DNA of 64,000 bases, taken from Dehalococcoidia bacterium (GTDB lineage Bacteria; Chloroflexota; Dehalococcoidia; Lucifugimonadales; VXLM01). This document shows, one piece after another, positions 9,772 through 17,905 of this stretch (the first letter of the stretch is position 1; each line of letters starts with the position of its first letter). The notes beneath the pieces were generated by a model. The model was not told the DNA's origin, searched no databases, and saw only the letters and a program-made list of their open reading frames with translations. Position numbers and translations under genes: made by a program. The stretch spans positions 1,830,507 to 1,894,506 of the forward strand of contig OY759598.1 in NCBI GenBank assembly GCA_963662435.1, written 5' to 3'.

Positions 9772-10320
9772 GTGATGATACGAGGACTGGACGGGAAGTC
9801 GCCGAAGATCCATCCGACCGCATTCATCAGCGAGACGGCGTATATCGTCGGAGACGTTGAGATCGGCGAGGGTTCCAGCATCTGGCCCGGCGCGGTCATT
9901 CGCGCGGACGCGGGGAAGATCGAGATAGGCAGGTTCACGTGCATCCAGGACAACTCGGTTGTGCACGGGGATGACGACGTGAAGATTGGCGACCGCGTGG
10001 TCATCGGTCACAGGGTGCTCTGCCATGCGAAGACTGTCGGCGACGGGGCGCTGATCGGGAACGGCTCGATCGTCAACGACGGCGCCGAGATCGGTGAGGG
10101 CAGCCTTGTGGGCTCCGGGGCCATGCTGATTGAGAACATGAAGGTGCCCGCCGGGATGATGGCGCTCGGCGTCCCGGGGAGAGTGCGCGGAGAGGTGCGG
10201 GAGCGCCACAGGCAGCTCATGGCGTCGACGGCGGAGCACTACATCGAGAAGGCCGAGAGGTTCAAGCGCCAGGGCAACCTCGAATCGGAGCACCTCGGCG
10301 TCGGCGGCGTGGGGTATTAG
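9772..10320 (+). CDS. Gamma carbonic anhydrase family (hexapeptide repeat) protein
   Basis: IVGDVEIGEGSSIWPGAVIRAD, IQDNSVVH and GHRVLCH motifs. Confidence 0.9.
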   Translation: MMIRGLDGKSPKIHPTAFISETAYIVGDVEIGEGSSIWPGAVIRADAGKIEIGRFTCIQDNSVVHGDDDVKIGDRVVIGHRVLCHAKTVGDGALIGNGSIVNDGAEIGEGSLVGSGAMLIENMKVPAGMMALGVPGRVRGEVRERHRQLMASTAEHYIEKAERFKRQGNLESEHLGVGGVGY

Positions 10321-10354
10321 AACGTCACCGGCGACCACGCGATAGGACTCCACC

Positions 10355-11404
10355 ATGCTGGTACGCGACTCCGGTGAATTTCGCCTAATTGCACTGCTCG
10401 CGGAGACTCTTGCCGCGGAGGGCGTCGACTGGCCGGGAGGATCCGAATCCGTTACCCCTGCGTGTGGTCTCGGCATAGGAGACGACGCGGCGGCCTGGGA
10501 GGGTGATGCAGGCATCCGGGTACTGACCGCGGATGCGATGGTGGAGGATGTCCATTTCGATCTTGGCCTGACCTCATGGCGCGACCTCGGATGGAAGGCG
10601 CTGGCCGTAAACCTCAGTGACGTGGCCGCCATGGGATGTGCGCCAACCTGCTCGGTCGTTACTCTGGGGCTGAGGGATGACCTTCCGGTCGAAGGGCTCG
10701 TCGAGATGTACAGGGGCATGGCGGAGGCGTGCCGGGAATTCGGAGGGCGGGTCGTGGGGGGAGACGTCGTCCGCTCGCCGGTCTTCTTCGTGAACGTGGC
10801 GATGGAGGGTGAAGCGAGCGTACGCGGGCCGGACGGAGGGGGCATCATCCTTACGCGGGGGGCCGCCGAGGTGGGCGACGCGGTCGCCGTGACAGGGAGC
10901 CTCGGAGACTCGGCGGGCGGTCTTCGGATGGCGCTTGCGGGGGAAGAGTTTGATGAGGCCACCCGGAGGCTTCATGACGCCCACTTTCGACCGAGTCCCC
11001 GTCTTGGCGAGGGGCAGGCGCTCGCGGGAGCCGGTGTCCGGGTGGCCATGGATGTCAGTGACGGACTCGTCGGCGATCTGAAGAAGCTGTGTGAGGCAAG
11101 CGGCGTGGGGGCATTGGTGCACGGGAGCAACATCCCTGTGAGCCGCGAACTGCGACACCGGTTCCCGGACGAGTGGCTTTCTCTTGCGCTGACCGGCGGG
11201 GAGGACTACGAACTCCTGTTCACCGGCGGCACCGAGACCGTCAGGCGGGCGAGTATGGCTGTCGACACTCCCGTGACGGTGATTGGGGAGATCGTCGAAT
11301 CCTCGGCCGGAGTGACTATTCTCGACTCCGAAGGCGACGCGATTGATATTGACGAGGAAGGATGGGACCACTTCTCTGCCGGGCGCAACGAAGGGGCACG
11401 GTGA
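10355..11404 (+). CDS. thiL: Thiamine-monophosphate kinase
   Basis: GEFRLI, GIGDDAA, GWKALAVNLSDVAAMG, MDVSDGL and GGEDYEL motifs. Confidence 0.95.
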   Translation: MLVRDSGEFRLIALLAETLAAEGVDWPGGSESVTPACGLGIGDDAAAWEGDAGIRVLTADAMVEDVHFDLGLTSWRDLGWKALAVNLSDVAAMGCAPTCSVVTLGLRDDLPVEGLVEMYRGMAEACREFGGRVVGGDVVRSPVFFVNVAMEGEASVRGPDGGGIILTRGAAEVGDAVAVTGSLGDSAGGLRMALAGEEFDEATRRLHDAHFRPSPRLGEGQALAGAGVRVAMDVSDGLVGDLKKLCEASGVGALVHGSNIPVSRELRHRFPDEWLSLALTGGEDYELLFTGGTETVRRASMAVDTPVTVIGEIVESSAGVTILDSEGDAIDIDEEGWDHFSAGRNEGAR

Positions 11405-11414
11405 ACGGGACTGT

Positions 11415-11711
11415 ATGGAACGGGTGACGGTCACCATCGAGGCGCAGGGCGGCACGCGGGCAAGTGAGATCATCGCAGATCTGCGGGCCACGGCGGAGAC
11501 GCTCTACTATCCCATGACGCTGGTCGGATTCTGGGACTACAGGGCGAAGATGCACCTCTGTCCGCAGGAGGAGCGGAGGGAGGCGTGTCCGCACGAGCTC
11601 CCGGAGGAAGATCCCGACCGCGTGGGCTACCGGATGACGATGCAGCGCGAGCGGCAGGGACACCTCGAGGTGTTTTTTCCCCATGCGGGGATTGCGATTT
11701 TCTTGTCCTAG
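11415..11711 (+). CDS. Hypothetical protein
   Basis: ORF directly after thiL with genome-typical codon usage. No recognised motif. Confidence 0.55.
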   Translation: MERVTVTIEAQGGTRASEIIADLRATAETLYYPMTLVGFWDYRAKMHLCPQEERREACPHELPEEDPDRVGYRMTMQRERQGHLEVFFPHAGIAIFLS

Positions 11712-11746
11712 GGGAGCCCTCGCTCCGTGTCTCTCCCCCGACGGGG

Positions 11747-12045
11747 GGATGACAGGGGTAGGCATTTGCCCTCACCCCAGCCCCCGTGTCGAGTATGGGT
11801 CAAGCTCTCTCCCGCGAACGTGAGAGGGGGTCTACATTGACCAGAAAGCCCCCCCGGCCCTGTCATACTGACTGGATCGCAGCGGATTCGAAGAATCTAA
11901 AGGTGCCTGTCCTAGCGTAAAGCTGACATAGGGGGTACCTACGCCGTTTTCGCTCTTGGTCACGATATGAGCGCTGCAACGGCTGTCCGGTCTTGCGGTA
12001 GTGGATTTTGGATTCCTCGCTGCGCTCGGAGTGACAGAGAGGTGG
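11747..12045. mobile_element. Composite MITE-like element, copy 3 (right end replaced by IS110-type units)
   Basis: Begins GGATGACAGGGGTAGGCATTT. Interior is collinear with 3943-4210. Confidence 0.65.
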
Positions 12046-12054
12046 GCTCGGAGA

Positions 12055-12300
12055 ATTTCGTGAGGTTTGCCGCCCTCACCACCTGGAATGAAGAAGGGAT
12101 TTTCGCCTTACTGGGGCCGAAGGCTGGATTCCGGCCTCCGCCGGAATGACGGTGTGTGGGGGGGTGCTGTGACGGCTATTTTCGTAACAATTGCTCATGT
12201 CGATTGTCATCGACACCACCAATCATGATTATGGCTGTAAGGGCGAATCGCGAATCGCCCCTACGGGAGGTTGGACGGGGGACGTTTTCGCAGCAGTGAC
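12055..12300 (+). mobile_element. Tandem of two short IS110-end-bounded, REP-carrying units
   Basis: Junction 12177-12234 matches the IS110 left junction 15079-15136 at 51/58 nt. The array ends GTTTTCGCAGCAGT|GAC, like the IS110 right end. Collinear with 62283-62521. Confidence 0.65.
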
Positions 12301-12343
12301 ATAGTCCTCTCTTGTGCAGGGGTCGTCGAAAGGGGTGTGGCTT

Positions 12344-13222
12344 CTACTCGTCGGTGAGGGAGGAAAACCCTTCGCGGTCGACCATGGAGACGAGGTGGGA
12401 CTCCCAGCCGTGGCGGTGCTGGAGGAGCAGCTGGATTGCGGTGGCATGGTGCCTTGTGGAGACGGGAGCGAAGAGGGATGGTCCGGCGCCGCACAGGTGT
12501 ATCTCTCGCGCTCCGACTGCGTGAAATGTATCCCAGTATTTGTCTAGACCGGGGAGGGACTCCCTGGCAACGTCGTCGAAGGCGTTGAAGAGGAACTGCG
12601 GCGGGGTGTCGCCCTTGCTGCCCAGGCGTGCAGCGAGCTTCCGGGTGAGGCCGCCGTTGGTGTAGCTCATTGGGCCGAGCTTCGAGAACATGGTGGCGGT
12701 CTTGTTGGGCACGTCGATCCGGGGCGTGAGGATAACGGCCCACCGGAGGTTGGCGGGAGGGAGGGGCTCAACCCGCTCGCCCCTTCCGAACACCCTACCC
12801 GTCCCGCCAAAGAGGAAAAACGGGACATCGGAACCGATCTGAGCGGCCAGTGGCAGGAGGTCGTCAGTGGTAAGTTCGAGGTCCCAGAGCCTGTTGAGCG
12901 CAAGCAGGGTCGCCGCGGCGTCGGAACTTCCACCTCCGAGTCCGGCGGCGACGGGGATTCTCTTGTATAGGCTGATATACACGCCGCTTGACGCACCGGC
13001 GTAGTCACGCAGCAGGTGGGCGGCTTTGAGCACGAGGTTGTCGGGTGTGGTGAGTTCGGGACGATCGCAGTCGAGGGTGACGCCGTCGGATTCCTCGAAC
13101 GTCAGGGTGTCGTGCAGGCTGACCGTCTGGAGAATCGAGGCAATGTCGTGATAGCCGTCGTCGCGCTTGCCGAGGATTTCGAGGGTCAGGTTGATCTTTG
13201 CGTGCGCTCGCATGGTGATCAT
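12344..13222 (-). CDS. ispE: 4-diphosphocytidyl-2-C-methyl-D-erythritol kinase
   Basis: AHAKINLTL, DGYH, KRIPVAAGLGGGSSDAA and IGSDVPFF motifs. Confidence 0.96.
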   Translation of the reverse strand: MITMRAHAKINLTLEILGKRDDGYHDIASILQTVSLHDTLTFEESDGVTLDCDRPELTTPDNLVLKAAHLLRDYAGASSGVYISLYKRIPVAAGLGGGSSDAAATLLALNRLWDLELTTDDLLPLAAQIGSDVPFFLFGGTGRVFGRGERVEPLPPANLRWAVILTPRIDVPNKTATMFSKLGPMSYTNGGLTRKLAARLGSKGDTPPQFLFNAFDDVARESLPGLDKYWDTFHAVGAREIHLCGAGPSLFAPVSTRHHATAIQLLLQHRHGWESHLVSMVDREGFSSLTDE

Positions 13223-13608
13223 GGGGAGTAGTATACCGCTAACGGGAGCGTGTATATGGGTGGCGCGCGTCGGCGAACGGTACCTGTAGGTTCAATGAAT
13301 GAAATGGGTTGAAGACATTGTAGTATTCGGCAGGAGGATATGATGGGTTCCCGCGTTCGCGGGAATGACGATAAGGGGTCTTGTCGTTCACCTCCTTGCC
13401 AATGACGGTATGGGGTTGGCGACAGGGAGATTCGCGAATCGCCCCTACGGGAGATTGGACGGGCATGGATTCCCGCCTACGCGGGAATGACGGTGTGGGG
13501 TTGACGGCAGGACGGGGGTTACTTTCAGAGGAATCACTCATGCAGCCTTGCGGCCTGCACACCGAGGGATGAAAGTTGGACTGAACCGAGGGAGGGCAAC
13601 CATAAGGG

Positions 13609-15040
13609 CAATTGCTCCAACTAATTACCGTTTTTGCCTTTGGATAGTACTCCTCTGAGTAGTAAAAGGATATGACTACTCGCCAGGAGGAGCTTCGTAA
13701 TGTCGACCAAGACCGACGACGACCCAGACACGGTCGGGAATATAGAGGAGTTTCTCCAGCAGTGTTTGGAGGACATGGAGCCAGATCACAACGACAAGGG
13801 CCCTGGCAGGCCCCGCATTCTGCCTGCCATGGCTCTGTGGGCCGGACTGCTGGTCTGTGTCTTGAGAGGCTTTGAAAGCCAACTGGCCGTATGGCGTCTT
13901 ATCTCCGAGCACGGACTGTGGTTCTTCCCCCGATTTCCCGTTACCGACCAAGCGGTCTACAAACGGCTCCACGACGCGGGACCTGAGCCGTTCGAGAGAC
14001 TCTTCAAGCACATCAGCAGCGTATTGACAGAACGATTACAGGGTTTGGCATCTGAGCAACTGGCGCCGTTCGCCAAGCAGGTGGTCTCCATAGACGAAAG
14101 TACCCTGGACGCCATGTCGAGAAGGCTTCCTCCTCTGAGAAGAATCCCCAAAGGCGACACTCGTCTGCTGCCTGGCAAGCTGGCAGGCGTGTTCGACGTG
14201 AGACGACAGCAGTGGCGGACCGTCAAGCTTCATCCGAATCCCCAACAGAACGAGAAGGTGTCGGCACGGGAGTTGGCACAAGACCTGCCAGCCGGAACAC
14301 TGGTGTTGGCAGACCTTGGTTACTTCGGCTTCGCCTGGTTTGACTGGCTCACAGAAAGGGATGTCTATTGGCTGAGCAGATTGAGAGCAAAGACCAGCTA
14401 CAAGGTCGTACACACCTTCTATCAGAGGGGCGAGGTGTTTGACGGCATTGTGTGGCTGGGAGCCTACCGCGCTGATCGGGCCAAATACGCCGTTCGGCTG
14501 GTGACCTTCAGACAGGGCAGTACCATGCGACGCTACATCACCAACGTTCTTGAGCCACATACGTTCCCGATCTCATCGATGGCCGAGGTCTACGCTCGCA
14601 GGTGGGACATCGAGATGGCGTTCAAGCTGATCAAGCAACATCTGAAGCTGCGCCTTCTGTGGTCTTCCAAGCATGTGGTGATTTACCAGCAGATATGGGC
14701 GACGTTGATTATCTCGCAAATCCTGCAGTCGCTGAGGCTTGAGATAGCTCACAGAGCCGGGGTGGACCCGTTCGAGGTGTCCATCAGCCTGTTGGTTGAG
14801 TATGCGCCACAGTATGCCTATGAAGGCAGGGATCCCGTGAAGATATTCGTGGAGCGAGGGCGTGATCTAGGCTTCATTCGACCTTCCCGCAGAACCCGCA
14901 TTCACACCCCAAACATACCCGACGAGACAATACTGCCTGCACCACCTGAACTTGTGCTCACACGCACCCCTAGATACGCTAACCGCAAATGCTTCAAACG
15001 TCCCGCAAATACCCCGAAAGTGAATTAGTTGGAGCAGATG
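13609..15040 (+). mobile_element. IS4-family insertion sequence (1432 bp)
   Basis: 18-bp terminal inverted repeats CAATTGCTCCAACTAATT / AATTAGTTGGAGCAGATG (16/18 match). Exact 10-bp direct repeat ACCATAAGGG at 13599-13608 and 15041-15050. Confidence 0.93.
13700..15028 (+). CDS. IS4-family DDE transposase
   Basis: SIDES, ADLGY and YARRWDIEMAFK (YREK signature). Stop codon lies in the right inverted repeat. Confidence 0.92.
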   Translation: MSTKTDDDPDTVGNIEEFLQQCLEDMEPDHNDKGPGRPRILPAMALWAGLLVCVLRGFESQLAVWRLISEHGLWFFPRFPVTDQAVYKRLHDAGPEPFERLFKHISSVLTERLQGLASEQLAPFAKQVVSIDESTLDAMSRRLPPLRRIPKGDTRLLPGKLAGVFDVRRQQWRTVKLHPNPQQNEKVSARELAQDLPAGTLVLADLGYFGFAWFDWLTERDVYWLSRLRAKTSYKVVHTFYQRGEVFDGIVWLGAYRADRAKYAVRLVTFRQGSTMRRYITNVLEPHTFPISSMAEVYARRWDIEMAFKLIKQHLKLRLLWSSKHVVIYQQIWATLIISQILQSLRLEIAHRAGVDPFEVSISLLVEYAPQYAYEGRDPVKIFVERGRDLGFIRPSRRTRIHTPNIPDETILPAPPELVLTRTPRYANRKCFKRPANTPKVN

Positions 15041-15141
15041 ACCATAAGGGTTGCCCCTACGAGAGGAAGGGCTGGGGTTATTTTCGTACCAATCGCACAT
15101 GTCGGTTGTCACCGACACCACCAATCATGAAAATGGGGTCC

Positions 15142-15279
15142 GTCGGTGTGCGCGAGTCCGGTAGTCATTGGCGCCGAGAGCCCGAGTACCAATCTGGACC
15201 TGACGACTCAAAGGTATCACCAATTGTCGCCACAGAGCACGCAGAGGAAAGTCTTCATTCGCCTAGTCGTCCCACCGAC
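15142..15279 (+). ncRNA. Putative IS110 bridge RNA
   Basis: Closing stem GTCGGTG/CACCGAC, arm 1 TCCGG/CTGGA, arm 2 GACGACT/AGTCGTC. Loop segments match the element's flanks and right end (see findings). Confidence 0.7.
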
Positions 15280-15306
15280 ATTCATCATAGTTGGAGGGTA
15301 GTGCTT

Positions 15307-16518
15307 ATGGACGTAACCTACGAACGTTGCTGTGGAATGGATGTACACAAGAAGACCGTGGTCGCCTGCGTCATCACCCCGGAATCTCAGTCGACACGCA
15401 CCTTCTCGACGATGACTTCGGGTCTGCTCGAGATGGCCGACTGGCTGGCTGAGCAGCGAGTCACTCATGTCGCCATGGAGAGCACGGGTGTGTATTGGAA
15501 GCCTGTGTACAACCTGCTTGAAGACGATTTCGAGGTGATGGTGGTCAACGCTCGGCACATCAAGACGGTTCCGGGCCGAAAGACCGATGTCAAAGACGCA
15601 GAGTGGATAGCCTCTCTTCTGCGGCACGGCCTGCTGAGGGCCAGCTTTATTCCCGACCGTCCTCAGAGGGAGTTGCGGGAGTTGACTCGATACCGCCGCA
15701 GCATGATTGAGGAACGGTCGCGAGTCGTCAATCGTATTCAGAAGGTGCTTGAAGGCGGCAACGTCAAGCTCTCATCGGTCGCCACCGACATACTTGGCGT
15801 CAGTGGGCGGGCCATGCTTGATGCAATGGTCAGAGGAGTCGATGATCCCGAACAGTTGGCGCAGTTGGCTAGGGGAAGGCTCCGCAACAAGCAGGACGCT
15901 CTCGAACAGGCGCTGGCGGCGCTGATGTCCGATCATCAGCGCATGATGCTCAGAAGCCAGTTGAGTCATCTCGACTTCCTAGACGCGGAGATAGATGAGT
16001 TGAATCGGGAGGTCTCAGAGCGGATGGTCCCTTTAGAAGAGCAGATAGGCCTGCTCGATGGGATTCCCGGCGTGGGGCGTCGGATCGCCGAAGAGGTGTT
16101 GGCTGAGATAGGCACGGATATGAGTCGCTTTCCGTCAGCATCACATCTGGCTTCGTGGGCGGGTCTGTGTCCTGGGAACAATGAGAGTGCCGGCAAGCGC
16201 GGCAGCGGACGAACACGGCATGGCAACAACTGGCTGACAAAGGCCCTTGTACAAGCCGCCTGGTCTGCTGCCCGGAGCAAGGATACGTATTCAACTGCTC
16301 AGTACCGTCGACTCGCAGCCCGTCGGGGAAGCAAGCGGGCCGTTCTTGCCTTGGCTCACTCGCTCATCGTCTCGATCTATCACATGCTTGAACGCGGCAC
16401 TCAATACGTCGAACTCGGAGCAAACTACTTCGACACACGTGCCCACCACTACGTAGTCGATTCATCTGTCAGAAGAATTGAACGATTAGGGTACAAGGTC
16501 ACTGTCCAGGCTGCCTGA
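15307..16518 (+). CDS. IS110-family DEDD recombinase/transposase
   Basis: RuvC-like GMDVHK, AMESTG and KTDVKDA; C-terminal IPGVG and [11 protein letters not shown] (catalytic Ser). ATG at 15307 after GGAGG. Confidence 0.95.
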   Translation: MDVTYERCCGMDVHKKTVVACVITPESQSTRTFSTMTSGLLEMADWLAEQRVTHVAMESTGVYWKPVYNLLEDDFEVMVVNARHIKTVPGRKTDVKDAEWIASLLRHGLLRASFIPDRPQRELRELTRYRRSMIEERSRVVNRIQKVLEGGNVKLSSVATDILGVSGRAMLDAMVRGVDDPEQLAQLARGRLRNKQDALEQALAALMSDHQRMMLRSQLSHLDFLDAEIDELNREVSERMVPLEEQIGLLDGIPGVGRRIAEEVLAEIGTDMSRFPSASHLASWAGLCPGNNESAGKRGSGRTRHGNNWLTKALVQAAWSAARSKDTYSTAQYRRLAARRGSKRAVLALAHSLIVSIYHMLERGTQYVELGANYFDTRAHHYVVDSSVRRIERLGYKVTVQAA

Positions 16519-16651
16519 TGAGCCTATTTTCAGAGGAATGACGGATGGCCAGTGACGGACGGGGTGCGGCGGGTCGTCAGCTTGACTTGGTCTATGTCAC
16601 AAAATACACTCGCGCGGCAGGTCCGGCATCAACACGAGGAGCACCATACGC

Positions 16652-17689
16652 ATGAAGGGCAAGGTAAGGACGGTACTGGGGGACATAGAGCCCAACGAGA
16701 TTGGGATGACCTCGATTCATGAGCATCTCTTCATCGACTTCACGGTCGTTTTCCAGCCGCCCGTGGAGGCGACGGCGAAGGCCAGGGCGTATGAGCCGGT
16801 GACGATGAGCAACCTGGGGCGCGTTCGGTACAATCCGTTCGGCAGTTTCACGAATCTTCTTCTGCTCGATGAGGATGAGGCAATCGAGGAGGTGGCCCAC
16901 TTCACGCGGGTGGGCGGAGGCACGATAGTGGACGTCACGACGATTGGGATTGGGCGCGACCCGGAAGGGCTGGCGAACGTCTCGCGGGCGACCGGGGCGA
17001 ACATCGTCATGGGCGCCGGGTACTACATCGCGCCGTCTCACCCTGACGGCATAGACGACGTGACAGTGGACGATCTGGCGGCGGAGTTGGTAGCGGACAT
17101 TACGACCGGCGTCGGCAACACGGGAATCAAGGCAGGACTGATCGGCGAGCTGGGATGCGGCTGGCCGCTCCACGAGAACGAGAGGAAGGTGCTGATCGCG
17201 GCGGGGATCGCCCAGCAGGAGACGGGGGCCTCCATCCTCATCCATCCGGGACGAGACGAGGAGGCGCCGTTCGAGGTGCTGGAGATTCTCGCGGGGGCCG
17301 GGGCCGACGTTGAGCGGGTCGTGATGGGGCACATCGGGAGGACGTACAAGGACATCGAGCGCGTGCTGGACCTGGCGAAGACGGGATGCTACCTTGAGTA
17401 TGACCAGTTTGGGTGGGAGTCGTCGTACTTCTCGTACGGCGTGATGGACTTCCCGAACGACGCGCAGCGGATGGACCATATCCAGCGGCTCATCGCCGAG
17501 GGGTACACCGACAAGATCGTGATCGGCCAGGACATCTGTGGCAAGCACCACCTGGTCAAGTACGGCGGATGGGGCTACGGTCACATCATCGAGCACATCG
17601 TTCCGCGCCTGCGTGACCGGGGCGTTACGGAGGACGAGATCGACGCGATCTACGTTGGAAACCCGGCGGCAGTGCTGACGCTGGGATAG
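16652..17689 (+). CDS. Phosphotriesterase-related protein
   Basis: VRTVLG, HEH, GGTIVD, IGELG, IHPG, MGH and GQD motifs. Confidence 0.9.
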   Translation: MKGKVRTVLGDIEPNEIGMTSIHEHLFIDFTVVFQPPVEATAKARAYEPVTMSNLGRVRYNPFGSFTNLLLLDEDEAIEEVAHFTRVGGGTIVDVTTIGIGRDPEGLANVSRATGANIVMGAGYYIAPSHPDGIDDVTVDDLAAELVADITTGVGNTGIKAGLIGELGCGWPLHENERKVLIAAGIAQQETGASILIHPGRDEEAPFEVLEILAGAGADVERVVMGHIGRTYKDIERVLDLAKTGCYLEYDQFGWESSYFSYGVMDFPNDAQRMDHIQRLIAEGYTDKIVIGQDICGKHHLVKYGGWGYGHIIEHIVPRLRDRGVTEDEIDAIYVGNPAAVLTLG

Positions 17690-17905
17690 GGGGTCGGGGT
17701 GCTGGGTGTTGGACGGACCTCCTGGATTCCGGCCTTCGCCGGAATGACGGATTTGGGCAGTCTGTGGGCAGCGGACGGTGGATTTGACCCTTCTAAGTCA
17801 AGGCTGGGTCTCGGCGGCTTGGGGGTATTGCTATCGTAGCTGTAGTTGACACGCCATAGGTGCCCTACTACACTAAATCCAACCTCAGGGAAGGGTTGGG
17901 ATTTG

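Larger units (their letters stand above)
15094..16539 (+). mobile_element. IS110-family element
   Basis: Recombinase ORF with a ~210-nt 5' non-coding end. AAT is present at both boundaries (15091-15093, 16537-16539). Boundaries inferred from guide-like matches and from homologous junctions elsewhere in the window. Confidence 0.8.

Noticed and set aside
14989..15306. N-terminal extension of the IS110 ORF in the ORF track
   Set aside because: It spans the IS4 end, repeats and the structured RNA region. The RuvC-like domain begins at ATG 15307, which has its own RBS.
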